Source: Planctomycetaceae bacterium
Lineage (GTDB): Bacteria; Planctomycetota; Planctomycetia; Planctomycetales; Planctomycetaceae
Direction: 5' to 3'
DNA length: 64,000 nucleotides
Assembly (NCBI GenBank): GCA_041753475.1
Contig: JBGSUN010000001.1
Location: 46,242 to 110,241 of the forward strand
The notes under the pieces are model-generated. The model searched no databases. It was not told the origin of the DNA and saw only the letters and a program-made list of their open reading frames with translations. This document shows positions 1 through 10,397 of this stretch, one piece after another (the stretch's first letter is position 1; each line of letters opens with the position of its first letter). The translations under genes and the position numbers were made by a program.

Positions 1-229
1 CGAAGTTGCGGGACAAATACAACGGTCGAAAACGATGATCACGAAGCGAGGTCTCGTCCAGCATGGAATTCGTACGATCGGTGCTGCCGTCGCTGATCAT
101 CAAGAACTCTACTTCGTCAAAGCCAAAGTGCTCGGCGGCAGAGACCAGCCTTCGCGTCATCTCGGGAAGCGTTTCTTCCTCATTGAACACGGGCACAATG
201 ACGGTCAAGCGAGATCGATCTAATGGCAT
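1..229 (-). CDS. Family 2 glycosyltransferase, polyprenyl-phosphate sugar synthase type (DPM1/ArnC/GtrB-like); 5' part only, continues past the window edge
   Basis: Reverse-strand translation from the ATG at 229 reads MPLDRSRLTVIVPVFNEEETLPEM...LMISDGSTDRT...PLYLSRNF, a canonical GT2 N-terminus. It is absent from the ORF track because there is no stop codon inside the window. Confidence 0.75.
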   Translation of the reverse strand, partial: MPLDRSRLTVIVPVFNEEETLPEMTRRLVSAAEHFGFDEVEFLMISDGSTDRTNSMLDETSLRDHRFRPLYLSRNF

Positions 230-330
230 CCCGGTAGTTCCTTTTCGGTCCAGCGAGTCCAGCGATGACACCAGGGATGTGGCCGACAGCAGCGGATTGG
301 ATGGTTTCGCTTCGTCATCGGCGGCGCGGA

Positions 331-1977
331 TCAGGGAGCGTTCGTAGACGTCACTTCGGTAATCCGCCAGAGCGTCCATGCTGGAGAACTCAACAAGCCT
401 TCTGGCGATCCGCCATCGATCCATTTACCCGAGGAAGAGCCCCCCAGATGCTGTGCGAATTCTGAGAGGATCGTATGCCAACGGACGGCCAAAGAATCGG
501 CCAATGGTGTAATGCGTGACACAACTTCCACTTGGAGCTCCGGGAATTCCTTCCGTAAGATGTCGTCGCTGACATGTCCGATAAGCAACGCGCCGGCATG
601 CACTTTCTCGGTCCGCTCGACAGGGACTCCATGAATGGCCGTCCGATTTTGAATCATCGGGCGATACTCTTCCAGATACATCTTGACGAGAATTGCCTGC
701 TCTGTTCGGCGGAGTCCCCAATCGTGTTTCGGACTGATGCCGAAGATCAACACTTCCGTTTGGTTTGCCTCCTCAAGTCGTCGCGAAAAGTCGTTCAGGA
801 ACCGATTCTCTGCTTCGCGGGCATTGGCTTGAAACACAAATTGTTCATTGAATGGGCCGTAGTTTCCCATGCCAATCGCCAGCACGGCCACCACCGCGAG
901 GGCCTCGCTCCAACGAGACCTCGAAAGCATTTGCCATTGTGTCATTCCAATCGCCATCACCACAGTCGCCAACCACATCAACGGTTCGCCGTAGCGTAGC
1001 ACCAGCTTCATTTTCGCGGTCAGCACCAGTAGTCCAACCAGAACCATCAAGAGCATCAGCGCCGACATGCGCATCCGGACCTGCAGCAGATCCCGCAGCA
1101 ATTTCAAGCAGCCGGCGAACAACAGGAGGCTGCACAGTACCGTCAACCAGGAGATCTGCGACGGACCGAGAACAAGGATCTCTGCGGTTTGACGAAGCCG
1201 GTAGTACATCCATCCGAGCTGGAGAGAATTCAATTCGCCCTGTGCTTGAGAGTACGTGTCATTCCGGGCCACGACGATCACCCTATACACGCTTAACCCC
1301 ATTAGAATCAGCATTCCGCCGTTGAGGCCCCAATGGACTTTTCCCCGTTGCCATTGTAAGACCAGATGAATTCCTAACAGCAGAGCGGCAATGAAGACCG
1401 CCGGCTCTTTTGTTCCCGACAACAGCACCAAGAGCACCGCCAGCCGCCAGTCGGCAACACGGTCTGCTACCGGTGAGGGCGTCTGTATGGTCGCGATGAG
1501 CCGATCGATCGCCGCCAGCAAGAACAAGGAGAACAGCGGTTCCTGCAGACCAATTCGAGACTCCGGCACAACCGGAAACAACAAGCCATAAGACAGGCAG
1601 ACCATTGTCGCGGTCAGAGTACAGGAAGTGCGATCGAGATCGCAGTATCGACGCACTACACGGCATGCCAACCACGCGGTCACAAGGCGGTAGACGAACA
1701 TCACGAGATGGTGCGCCGCAAGTTGCGGGCCAAAGAGCATCCATCTGGCGTTCTGCTCTAACTCGTAGAACCACCGAAAGCGCGCTATGTCCGGTGAAAA
1801 GAAGGCCGTATACAGAAATTCGAGCAACCCATGATTGCCGGTTGCCCCCGCGCGCGTTGCACACCAGATGTCATCGATCAGCGCGAGTTGAGTCGTGGCC
1901 GCGAAGTAGCACGCGGGCATTAAGGCGCAGCTAAATGCCATCAACCATACGGACTGCCACCGATGTGATGTGGTCAA
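331..1977 (-). CDS. Polytopic membrane protein of unknown function, possibly a GT-C-type glycosyltransferase
   Basis: 548-aa ORF with many hydrophobic segments over about 380 aa and a soluble C-terminal part. An acidic LIDDIW motif follows the first TM segment. It lies directly upstream of the GT2 gene on the same strand. Confidence 0.6.
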   Translation of the reverse strand: MTTSHRWQSVWLMAFSCALMPACYFAATTQLALIDDIWCATRAGATGNHGLLEFLYTAFFSPDIARFRWFYELEQNARWMLFGPQLAAHHLVMFVYRLVTAWLACRVVRRYCDLDRTSCTLTATMVCLSYGLLFPVVPESRIGLQEPLFSLFLLAAIDRLIATIQTPSPVADRVADWRLAVLLVLLSGTKEPAVFIAALLLGIHLVLQWQRGKVHWGLNGGMLILMGLSVYRVIVVARNDTYSQAQGELNSLQLGWMYYRLRQTAEILVLGPSQISWLTVLCSLLLFAGCLKLLRDLLQVRMRMSALMLLMVLVGLLVLTAKMKLVLRYGEPLMWLATVVMAIGMTQWQMLSRSRWSEALAVVAVLAIGMGNYGPFNEQFVFQANAREAENRFLNDFSRRLEEANQTEVLIFGISPKHDWGLRRTEQAILVKMYLEEYRPMIQNRTAIHGVPVERTEKVHAGALLIGHVSDDILRKEFPELQVEVVSRITPLADSLAVRWHTILSEFAQHLGGSSSGKWIDGGSPEGLLSSPAWTLWRITEVTSTNAP

Positions 1978-2062
1978 ATAAACACCTACGTCGTCGTTAA
2001 AGCCGATGGCGCCATTTGGACAGGCAGCACGCGACCAACAGAGCGTGGATTCCGCTCGGCAA

Positions 2063-2494
2063 TCACAGCGTGATTCTGTTGGACGTACTGCTGCTCAGCG
2101 ATTGAATCGTGTGAAAGCTGATTCCGATCGGCAGCACGATTCTGAGTTGCCACAGAGGCACATCGAACCCGAGACTCCGCAGCCCCAAGGCCGTGGACTC
2201 CGCGAGGAATCCCGCATACTTGAAGAAACCGAGAATCCCCAGGCCGATCACGCAACTGATTGTGACCAGCCATTTCCGATGTGATTCCTGTTCCGTGTGG
2301 GCAAGCAAGCGGCCGATGGTGTAATCGGTGAAAATGGTCACCCAGACCAAACCCAGGTAACGCCAGTCCCAGCAGGCATAGAAGAAGCAAATCGCCAGTA
2401 GGAACACGGCATTCCGCGCGCGGTGCGGCATCCAGAGTTGGATGAACCACACAACCGGAAAGAACACCAGAAAATCGACGGAATTGAAGAGCAA
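2063..2494 (-). pseudogene. Truncated MBOAT (AlgI/DltB-like O-acyltransferase) N-terminal fragment
   Basis: MLFNSVDFLVFFPVVW...LPIGISFHTIQSLS matches the MBOAT N-terminus. The ORF stops after 143 aa, whereas family members are around 450-500 aa, and only about 85 nt remain before the next gene. Confidence 0.65.
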
Positions 2495-2656
2495 AGTAGG
2501 CTTTAGAGCATCGCGAAATGATCTGCGGTCAGAATCGTTATGTATTCGAGATTAGCTGGATTCAAAATGCTGTGAGATCCGGCCATCCCGTGATGATGGC
2601 ATAGCGACCCGACATCCAACGTATTTCGAAGTATCGCGATCCCGAGTATGGTGGTT

Positions 2657-4057
2657 CTACACGGGGACCAATGGGTGTGAAATGCTATGCCCGTGTCGCT
2701 CAGCGATTATCGCGCGGTACAGTTCCACGTATTGCTCGGCGATCACAAGGTTCGAGAACCGTTCTTTTGCTCGTTGTGCGGCATTGATCCCGAACCGCCG
2801 TTGAAGATCGGGGTTAGCAGCCAGCACCCCTAATTGCTTAGCCAGCGTCGAAGCGTCTAACCGCGGTGCCAGCAATCCCGTTTCCCCGTCGATCACGATC
2901 TCAGGGATGCCGCCGGTGTCGAAGGACACGACCGGAACGCCACACATTTGTGCTTCCGCGGGAACGCGACCAAACGTCTCCCACAAAGACGCGACCAGCA
3001 CAATATCCGCCGCGCAGTAATAGTCAGCAAGGAGCATCGGGTCGGTTTGAAAGGGAATAGCCTGTCCAGATTTGCCCCAGCGCTGAAGGATCAATTGAGA
3101 AGAACGACCGACCGCGAGAACGAACAATTCTCGCTCACATTCAGCAAGGGCTTGCAATGCAAAATCGACCGCCCCCTTGCCCTGACCGTATGTCCCTTCG
3201 ACCGACTGACCCGCGAGCATCACAATTGAAGCCTCACGAGGAAGCCCAAGTTTTTCGCGCACGGCAGCACGATCACGAGGGTAAAAGGCCGCTTCATCAA
3301 TGCCGTTATACACCGTATGGATCAGCTTTCCCGCGAAGATCGGGCTGGTTCGGGCTACATCGCCGAGCCAGTTTGAGACGGTCGTTACATGTAGGTTTGA
3401 TCGACTGATGGCCGCCCGTTTGCGTTTCCAATTGAACGCGGTTCCGTCGGTTTTGATTGCGGGCGCGATGCTCAAATCGGGACATTGCCCGCATCCGATC
3501 TTCCAACGATCGCAGCCGATGGCTGGACAAGCGCAATGGCCGGTGACCATCCAAAGATCGTGGAGCGTCATTAAGGACGGATACCGTCGCGTTAACCCCG
3601 GAAGACCGCCCAAGTCGCCAAATCCGTTCTGGCCTCCCCATAGGCTTTGGAAATGAATCACATCCACGTCCGGAGAAAACAATTGATCGAGCTTCCGGAA
3701 CCACGGTTGATAAAGATACTGCCAGCCCGTCTTTCGTTCGACGAACTGAATCGTCCGCAACAATCCGGGAAAGCAACGGTATCTCGGAATCTCCGTGACA
3801 TCCGGGTGATCAGTGAGCTTCGTCCCGACATAGAGAACCGGTTGGTGCCCCAATTGTTTCAGTGCTTGAAGCAACGAAAATGTGCACGCCTCGGCACCCC
3901 CTCCACGGTCCGCAGTATGAACTAGCGCGATCCGTAACGGGCGATCCCATGAATCGGCGTCGGTCGCATTCCGGCTGCGAGGTAACCCATTCATCATGTG
4001 CGACGGCTTCGATCGTTGAGGCTTTGCACGCGCCGAACTTCGCTTTGTTCTTCCCAA
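2657..4057 (-). CDS. GT4-family (GT-B fold) glycosyltransferase
   Basis: RIALVHTADRGGGAE N-terminal motif and a C-terminal ...ETFGRVPAEAQMCGVPVVSFDTGGIPEIV (EX7E-type) motif. Confidence 0.85.
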   Translation of the reverse strand: MGRTKRSSARAKPQRSKPSHMMNGLPRSRNATDADSWDRPLRIALVHTADRGGGAEACTFSLLQALKQLGHQPVLYVGTKLTDHPDVTEIPRYRCFPGLLRTIQFVERKTGWQYLYQPWFRKLDQLFSPDVDVIHFQSLWGGQNGFGDLGGLPGLTRRYPSLMTLHDLWMVTGHCACPAIGCDRWKIGCGQCPDLSIAPAIKTDGTAFNWKRKRAAISRSNLHVTTVSNWLGDVARTSPIFAGKLIHTVYNGIDEAAFYPRDRAAVREKLGLPREASIVMLAGQSVEGTYGQGKGAVDFALQALAECERELFVLAVGRSSQLILQRWGKSGQAIPFQTDPMLLADYYCAADIVLVASLWETFGRVPAEAQMCGVPVVSFDTGGIPEIVIDGETGLLAPRLDASTLAKQLGVLAANPDLQRRFGINAAQRAKERFSNLVIAEQYVELYRAIIAERHGHSISHPLVPV

Positions 4058-4067
4058 TTGATGACTG

Positions 4068-5312
4068 TCAACAGGTCACCAAATACTGGACCGCGGAATC
4101 GAACTGTTTTGGACCGAGAGCGTGCTCGGAAGCCCGAATCACTTCCTCGACCCATGCGGCTGTACGGACATGATTTGCCTGCAAGCCATCGATCACGTGC
4201 GGCAACAAAGTACCGGCATTTCGTGCATGGCTCGCGGGTCCCACGGGATACTGCTGCCAAAAGCCCGTAAGACTGGCATATTCCGGGGCATGCAGCAGAA
4301 TCGGCCGCTGAACAGCGAGATAAGTCGATAGCTTAGTCGGAAACGAAAGCTCAGAAAGCATCCGATTCTCTTCGGTAAACGATTGCGGAAGATACAGCAA
4401 GTCACACTCAGAGAGCCGTGCACAGGTCTCTTCGACAGATCTCCATCCGTAGTATTCGATCCGTTGGGGTTTGCGCGAATCGAGCAGATACCGCGCTCCA
4501 AGAAGCCGCAGAACCACGTCGCGTCCGTTAATCTGCCAAGCGATCGAATCGAGCCCGTCGATCAACATCCGCAAGCAATCGGGAGCCGTAATGGACCCCG
4601 CGAAACCAATACGATACTCGTTTCGCGCCCCTTCACTCGGTGCGTTTGGCCCCATTTGAACTGCGGAGATTCCATGGCGGAGTACGAAACTGTCGATCCC
4701 ATATCTCCGGCGATACTCTGCCTGCATATTTTCACAGATCACAGCGGTCCGTTCGCTCGCCTGCAGGACCCGACCAAACGCCTGCGCGATGCGTGATTGC
4801 GTCCAACGGTCCAGATTCCTTTGTCGACAGAACACATCGACATCATCCCAGACGAGACAACGGACCGGGACGGGCGATGTCTGCTGCAATTGTCGCACCG
4901 TTTCAATAACCGCGGCGGAATCCAGGACGGCGAGGATGAAGTCGGGCTGCGTGTCGCGAATCAAACCGAGCATCGTTTTCCGGGCAGCTTCGATCATCGG
5001 TGCTCGACACACACGCATCGCCAGCGCAGATACCATTTCTCCCAACAATCCGCGAATCGGCCGATAGGCGGTTTCGTATTGACGTCGCTGCACCGTGGTG
5101 GGCAGCTCCGACCAATACGGCTGTTGCGCCCCATATTTCGAAGCCAGCCAGCAGCAATGCCACCGATCAACCCCCGTCTGTCGGATCAGATCCTTTAAGA
5201 TGACGCCGCCGACACCGGGTTCACCCGGCGCCGTCCCCGTAAGCAGCAAGACACGCATCGCTGCTGGAGCCGCCGAGGCTACCTGTTGCTTGGGTTCAAC
5301 CGCCGCCGTCAC
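4068..5312 (-). CDS. Hypothetical protein, GT-B-like glycosyltransferase candidate
   Basis: [20 protein letters not shown]-terminus and [19 protein letters not shown] near the C-terminus resemble GT1/GT4 folds, but no clean catalytic motif is present. The start is either GTG 5312 or ATG 5258. Confidence 0.55.
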   Translation of the reverse strand: MTAAVEPKQQVASAAPAAMRVLLLTGTAPGEPGVGGVILKDLIRQTGVDRWHCCWLASKYGAQQPYWSELPTTVQRRQYETAYRPIRGLLGEMVSALAMRVCRAPMIEAARKTMLGLIRDTQPDFILAVLDSAAVIETVRQLQQTSPVPVRCLVWDDVDVFCRQRNLDRWTQSRIAQAFGRVLQASERTAVICENMQAEYRRRYGIDSFVLRHGISAVQMGPNAPSEGARNEYRIGFAGSITAPDCLRMLIDGLDSIAWQINGRDVVLRLLGARYLLDSRKPQRIEYYGWRSVEETCARLSECDLLYLPQSFTEENRMLSELSFPTKLSTYLAVQRPILLHAPEYASLTGFWQQYPVGPASHARNAGTLLPHVIDGLQANHVRTAAWVEEVIRASEHALGPKQFDSAVQYLVTC

Positions 5313-6378
5313 GCCGAGTCGCTTTCCAGATATCTTCGCAGATGCGATCGAACGACCATTCCAGATTCCATTCCGGATAGTCTGTGCGAAAGCGCGTCAG
5401 GTCGCTGATATAACAAATATGGTCGCCCTTGCGTTCTTGTTCGGCGTAACTCCACTCCAATCGTCGACCGGATAACTGATCGACCCGGTCGATACATTCC
5501 AGCACGCTCGCGGAATTGCCTCGACCACCGCCGAGGTTGTAGACCGCACCGGGACGCGGATTGCGATAGTACGCATGCATCGCACGCACGACATCGTGGC
5601 TATGAATCTGATCGCGGACCTGTTTTCCTTTGTAACCGAAGATCGTGTAGGCCCGCTCTTCGGCAGCCACTCTAAAGAGATAGTTCAAAAACCCGTGCTG
5701 CTGCGCCCCTGAATGTCGCGATCCCGTCAGACATCCGCCGCGAAAGCAGCACGTCTTCAGACCAAAGTAGCGTCCGTACTCCTGCGCTAACACATCCGCG
5801 GCGACTTTGCTGGCACCGAACAGACTGTGCAGCGATTGGTCAATCGACATCGACTCGCCGACTCCAGCGTAGTCTTCCGGACGCGCGTAGTCGAAGCGTT
5901 TCTCCAGTTCCACCAGCGGGATCCGATTCGGCGCATCGCCATAAACTTTGTTCGTGCTCATGTGAATGAACACGGCGTCGCCCGCAAATCGACGCGTAGC
6001 TTCCAACAGGTTCAATGTGCCGACGGCATTGACATCAAAGTCATCAAACGGACGTTCGGCGGCCAGATCGTGCGAGGGCTGTGCGGCGGCATGGACAATC
6101 AAATCCGGCCTCAGCTCATCCATCGTCCGCATGACCGCGGCACGGTCGCGTATATCGACATTGTGATGCACGAAACCGGGGCACTCTTCCTGAAGCCGTG
6201 CCAGGTTCCAGGACGTGTCCCCCGTGGGTCCAAAAAAATCGGCCCGCATGTTGTTGTCGACCCCATGCACACGGGCCTTCAAACCATGAAAGTACGTCAC
6301 GGCTTCCGAGCCAATCAGCCCGCTGGAACCGGTGATCAGAACAGTTTGCGGAGACATCGTTCGAGACAACTTGCTCAC
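5296..6378 (-). CDS. NAD-dependent sugar epimerase/dehydratase (SDR; CDP-paratose 2-epimerase-like)
   Basis: [15 protein letters not shown] Rossmann motif, YGASKVAAD (YxxxK) and a [12 protein letters not shown] segment. Confidence 0.85.
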   Translation of the reverse strand: MSKLSRTMSPQTVLITGSSGLIGSEAVTYFHGLKARVHGVDNNMRADFFGPTGDTSWNLARLQEECPGFVHHNVDIRDRAAVMRTMDELRPDLIVHAAAQPSHDLAAERPFDDFDVNAVGTLNLLEATRRFAGDAVFIHMSTNKVYGDAPNRIPLVELEKRFDYARPEDYAGVGESMSIDQSLHSLFGASKVAADVLAQEYGRYFGLKTCCFRGGCLTGSRHSGAQQHGFLNYLFRVAAEERAYTIFGYKGKQVRDQIHSHDVVRAMHAYYRNPRPGAVYNLGGGRGNSASVLECIDRVDQLSGRRLEWSYAEQERKGDHICYISDLTRFRTDYPEWNLEWSFDRICEDIWKATRRDGGG

Positions 6379-7187
6379 GAGGTTGGTGCTAACGGAAATC
6401 GTGTGTTTTCAAAGAGGCAATCACATTGCAGAATCCGTCCATCGCGCTCGCTACACCATTGGTCGACGTTACCGCGATAGATGAAACCCCATTGACTCAG
6501 CAACGCATGCACCTGATCGAACGTGGCTTCACCACGATAAAGCGGTTGAAGACTCACTTCGGCAACCACAGCGCAGGCCCGTCGAACGGTTTGTTCGCCC
6601 CCGCGAAGAACCGGCTCCGTGTAACCCTGCACGTCGATCTTGATCAACAGCGGGTCGATGATTTGTAAATGTTCGCTCAATCCATCCAGGCGCCGGACTT
6701 GAATTTCCTCGTGAGCGACTTTCCCGGTGTGAGGAAGTTCTTCCTTGTGGAGTTGATCCATCGACAAGAGCGATGAACTGGGCGAGAACTCGTTGTGGTG
6801 CATCACTGTGGTGAGATCCTGCTCACCCAGCGCGATAGGATAGGCCTCGAAAGGACTCAAAGCCGATGTCTGCAATTTCAATTGCTCAAAACATTGACGT
6901 AGCGGTTCAAACGAAATGATCCGAGTCAGGGGAAGCAATTCGCGGGTGAGTTTCGCGAACTGACCCGTATTCGCACCAATATCGAGCACCGTCTGCGGCG
7001 CATAAGTCTGCAACAGTCGCCACTTTGCCAGTTCACGGCGATGCCATTCGTCGCGAGCAGCGGTTTCGTAACTGACTGTGCGCCGTAAATCCCAGCCGCA
7101 TTTCAAGAGCGTGTCTCGAACCCAAGTCCGAAAACTGCGTCGACAAACCGTCTCGATAGGGGCCAAGCCTCTTTTCGTTATTGACAT
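6375..7187 (-). CDS. FkbM-family SAM-dependent methyltransferase
   Basis: [18 protein letters not shown]...[14 protein letters not shown] matches the FkbM family signature. Confidence 0.8.
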   Translation of the reverse strand: MSITKRGLAPIETVCRRSFRTWVRDTLLKCGWDLRRTVSYETAARDEWHRRELAKWRLLQTYAPQTVLDIGANTGQFAKLTRELLPLTRIISFEPLRQCFEQLKLQTSALSPFEAYPIALGEQDLTTVMHHNEFSPSSSLLSMDQLHKEELPHTGKVAHEEIQVRRLDGLSEHLQIIDPLLIKIDVQGYTEPVLRGGEQTVRRACAVVAEVSLQPLYRGEATFDQVHALLSQWGFIYRGNVDQWCSERDGRILQCDCLFENTRFPLAPTS

Positions 7188-8170
7188 CTCTGCAGCACCA
7201 CAAAGAGATGATCACGGAGACCAGGCGTGTAGGGTGCCATTGTCTTGTGACGCACGTAGCTTAATCTGGGAATCTTCGACAAAAGGCTCACCAACGGACG
7301 CCACCAGACACGATCACGACGCGCATAGTGCGACAGCGTTTCAAACGCTTCTTTCATCCGAATGGCGAGGGTAGAAGGGCGATGTGAGTGCGTCTCAATC
7401 CTCTCGACGCGACAACCGCCTTCACCGGCGAACAAGGTGAAGTAGCCAGGATTCGCGAACCGAATGTGCTGCAGCGGCTCGCAATACCAGTGATCGCCCC
7501 CAAGGTAATTCCACGTCCAGTGCCGACAGTTGCCCGTCGAGAGCAACAGATGCCCGCCCGGCTTGAGGTATGCCATGACATCGGCCAACGCCGCGCGCGG
7601 ATGCGGCAAGTGCTCGAAGACATCGAACATGGTGACGACGTCAAACCGACCGTCATGCGACGGATCTGGTGTGGTGAGAAACTCGGCGATGCAAGGGATG
7701 CCCGCGTGTTCGAGATCGCGGTGCGCAGCGATGGAAGGTTCAATCGCCCGCCGATCCCATTGGTCTGGTAACAATCTCAAGAACGCACCGTCGAAGGCAC
7801 CAACATCCAGCACACGGACCGGCTCTGTCTCGCGATAACGACGTAGTAACCAGGTTCGCGCCAAAGTCCAGGCGACATTATCGGTTGCGTATTGCCAGCG
7901 CTCAGTCGGCATCGCCGCATACATGCGTTCCAGATCCGAAGCATTGATCGCCGGCTCACGAAAGCCAAGACTGCAATTCTGACAATCATACAACCGTGAA
8001 GTTGTCGTCGATTCCACCAATTGACGCTCTTCCAAGGGCAATCCCTCGAGAAACATCGGCCGTCGACAAGGACCGCGATCTCGAATAACGGCGCTGCCGC
8101 AATCGGGGCAAACCGGTTGGTTCACACTCAGTGTGTACTGCTTCGCGTCGCGTTCCATCAAAGCCGACAT
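7178..8170 (-). CDS. Class I SAM-dependent methyltransferase with an N-terminal Cys4 zinc ribbon
   Basis: CPDCGS...CQNCS pair, then VLDVGAFDGAFLR (motif I) and FDVVTMFDVFEHLPHP...LKPGGHLLLSTGN. Confidence 0.8.
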   Translation of the reverse strand: MSALMERDAKQYTLSVNQPVCPDCGSAVIRDRGPCRRPMFLEGLPLEERQLVESTTTSRLYDCQNCSLGFREPAINASDLERMYAAMPTERWQYATDNVAWTLARTWLLRRYRETEPVRVLDVGAFDGAFLRLLPDQWDRRAIEPSIAAHRDLEHAGIPCIAEFLTTPDPSHDGRFDVVTMFDVFEHLPHPRAALADVMAYLKPGGHLLLSTGNCRHWTWNYLGGDHWYCEPLQHIRFANPGYFTLFAGEGGCRVERIETHSHRPSTLAIRMKEAFETLSHYARRDRVWWRPLVSLLSKIPRLSYVRHKTMAPYTPGLRDHLFVVLQRCQ

Positions 8171-8171
8171 C

Positions 8172-9494
8172 TTACTTCGTGGCTGTTAACAGGTGGGATT
8201 GACGAGGATCGTTGTCGGTCGCAACCGGAATGGGTTGCATCTCGGGAAAACGCAAAGGACCCCAAATCGCGGGCCAATCCAGACTTTGCAGCGGTCCCGG
8301 TTCAATCTCGAACGGTAAGACCTCTGACAGCGAGTCCAACAAACGCCGTCCCTGGCTACGGGCATCGGCGAGGGAGATCGCGCAGCGGTAACGACCCGGT
8401 GCAAGCTGTTGTGTCGGCAAACGGAAGCCGTATTCGACACACTCATTCACCATCGGGGCCGAGACTGCGCCCGAGAACACGCTCCCGACTGGCGATTCGT
8501 CATGACGAAAAATGGTCAAACCGACGACAAAGTCGCCCACCATTCGATGATTGCGAACCCCCATACGGAAGACCACGGTGGCCCCTTCGGTCTGAGGAGA
8601 CGTGGACTCCATTTCCAGCGACTCGAACCGCAGTTCGCCACTCAAGCCTTCGAAGGGCCGATCAAGATCTGCCACGGATGTAAATTGGGATCGAGTGATC
8701 GCATTCTCGTCCACATACCGATCGATCGCCTCCGGTGTGAGCCCATTGTAGAGCGTCTTGCCGTGCGACAGGACGATCGATCGGCTCGTCAGCGCTCGTA
8801 CCGAAGGCATGTTATGACTCACGAAGAGTACCGTCCGGCCCGATGCGGAGACGGACTGCATGCGGCCAAGGCACTTCCGTTGAAATTCGACGTCGCCGAC
8901 GGCCAGGACTTCGTCGATTACCAGGATTTCCGATTCCAGGTAGGCCGCAACGGCAAATGCCAGTCGAACCGTCATCCCCGACGAATACCGTTTGACCGGG
9001 GTATCGATGAACGTATCGACATCCGCGAACGCCACGATTTCATCGAAGCGGCGGCGGACCTGGGCTTTGGTCATGCCGAGGATGGTGCCGTTGAGGTACA
9101 CGTTCTCACGGCCGGTCAATTCGGGGTGAAAACCGGTGCCGACTTCCAGCAGGCTGGCGACGCGGCCGTGGAGTTCGATACGGCCGGTGGTGGGGGCGAC
9201 GATTTGGGATAGGATCTTGAGAAGCGTACTCTTGCCGGCACCATTGCGGCCAATGATGCCCACGACTTCACCAGGTTGAACTTCAAAGGAAACATCTTTC
9301 AAAGCCCAGAAGTCGCTGGCGTTCTTCTCAGGCAGCGTACCCCCGGTCGCGGCACCGTTCTTTTGTTCGGAGTGCGAACCCCGCCCGAACAATCGCGACG
9401 CCGCCGTGTTCACGAGATCGCGTACCGATCGCGCATGGGTTTCGCCCAGGCGGTAATGCTTGCTCAGGTTTTCGACACGGATGGCGGGAGGCAC
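8172..9494 (-). CDS. wzt: Polysaccharide/O-antigen ABC exporter ATP-binding subunit (Wzt/TagH type) with a ~190-aa C-terminal extension
   Basis: Walker A GRNGAGKSTLLK, signature YSSGM, Walker B ILVIDEVLAVGD. An extra C-terminal domain follows the NBD. Confidence 0.9.
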   Translation of the reverse strand: MPPAIRVENLSKHYRLGETHARSVRDLVNTAASRLFGRGSHSEQKNGAATGGTLPEKNASDFWALKDVSFEVQPGEVVGIIGRNGAGKSTLLKILSQIVAPTTGRIELHGRVASLLEVGTGFHPELTGRENVYLNGTILGMTKAQVRRRFDEIVAFADVDTFIDTPVKRYSSGMTVRLAFAVAAYLESEILVIDEVLAVGDVEFQRKCLGRMQSVSASGRTVLFVSHNMPSVRALTSRSIVLSHGKTLYNGLTPEAIDRYVDENAITRSQFTSVADLDRPFEGLSGELRFESLEMESTSPQTEGATVVFRMGVRNHRMVGDFVVGLTIFRHDESPVGSVFSGAVSAPMVNECVEYGFRLPTQQLAPGRYRCAISLADARSQGRRLLDSLSEVLPFEIEPGPLQSLDWPAIWGPLRFPEMQPIPVATDNDPRQSHLLTATK

Positions 9495-9508
9495 GGGACG
9501 GATGACCG

Positions 9509-10396
9509 TTAGATGATGTCAGCGAACGTGGCTTCCTGGCGACGGAAGAAGATCAACCCGCCGACGAGAATCACCAGCATCATGACCAGCGATGAGACGA
9601 AGGAGACCGCATTGGGGGGAATGGCCCCTAGAAGGCACCAGCGAAAGCCTTCGATGACGCCGACCAGCGGATTGAGGGCATACAGGGGGCGCCAGTTGTC
9701 CGGAACCATCGACGAAGAATAGACAATCGGCGAGAGCCACATCCATGTCTGCAGAACGAAGGGAACCGCGTGACCCACGTCGCGATAACGGACATTGAGT
9801 GCCGTCAGCCATAGCCCGAACGCCAGCGAGACGGCAACGGTATACAGCACCAGCAATGGCAACAGCAGCAGCGTCCATCCGGGAGCATACCCGAACCACG
9901 CCATCATGCCGGCCAGGATGGCCAGTTGAATAGCGAGATCGGCCAACCCCGCTCCCAAGCTCGCCAAGGGGAGAATCAGGCGCGGAAAATAGACTTTGGT
10001 AAGCATCCCGGAGGCACCGACCACGCTCGATGAAACACTCGACAGTGTCGACGAGAAATACGTCCAGGGAATGAGCGCGGCGAGCGCGAAGAGCGGATAG
10101 GGAAAGCCATCCGACTCCAGCTTAGCCATTCGTCCGAAGACCACGTCGAATGTCAACACACTGACAATCGGTTTGATGAATGCCCAGCCAAAACCGACGA
10201 CGCTCTGCCGATACCGGGCCGACAAGTCTCGCCAAATAAGCAAGAAGAGCAAATCACGATACCGCCAGACTTCCCCCAAATTGAGCCGCAACCAACCGCG
10301 CGGCGGCTCGATGACCGTTATCACAGGCGAGGGCGTCGATGGGGCATGCGCTACGTTTGGATTAATCGGCAACGGCGACAACTCAGCAGTGGACAT
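9509..10396 (-). CDS. wzm: ABC-2 type polysaccharide exporter permease (Wzm type)
   Basis: Six-TM profile, a conserved LIWRDLSARYRQSVVGFGWAF N-terminal motif, and adjacency to the ATPase gene. Confidence 0.85.
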   Translation of the reverse strand: MSTAELSPLPINPNVAHAPSTPSPVITVIEPPRGWLRLNLGEVWRYRDLLFLLIWRDLSARYRQSVVGFGWAFIKPIVSVLTFDVVFGRMAKLESDGFPYPLFALAALIPWTYFSSTLSSVSSSVVGASGMLTKVYFPRLILPLASLGAGLADLAIQLAILAGMMAWFGYAPGWTLLLLPLLVLYTVAVSLAFGLWLTALNVRYRDVGHAVPFVLQTWMWLSPIVYSSSMVPDNWRPLYALNPLVGVIEGFRWCLLGAIPPNAVSFVSSLVMMLVILVGGLIFFRRQEATFADII

Positions 10397-10397
10397 G

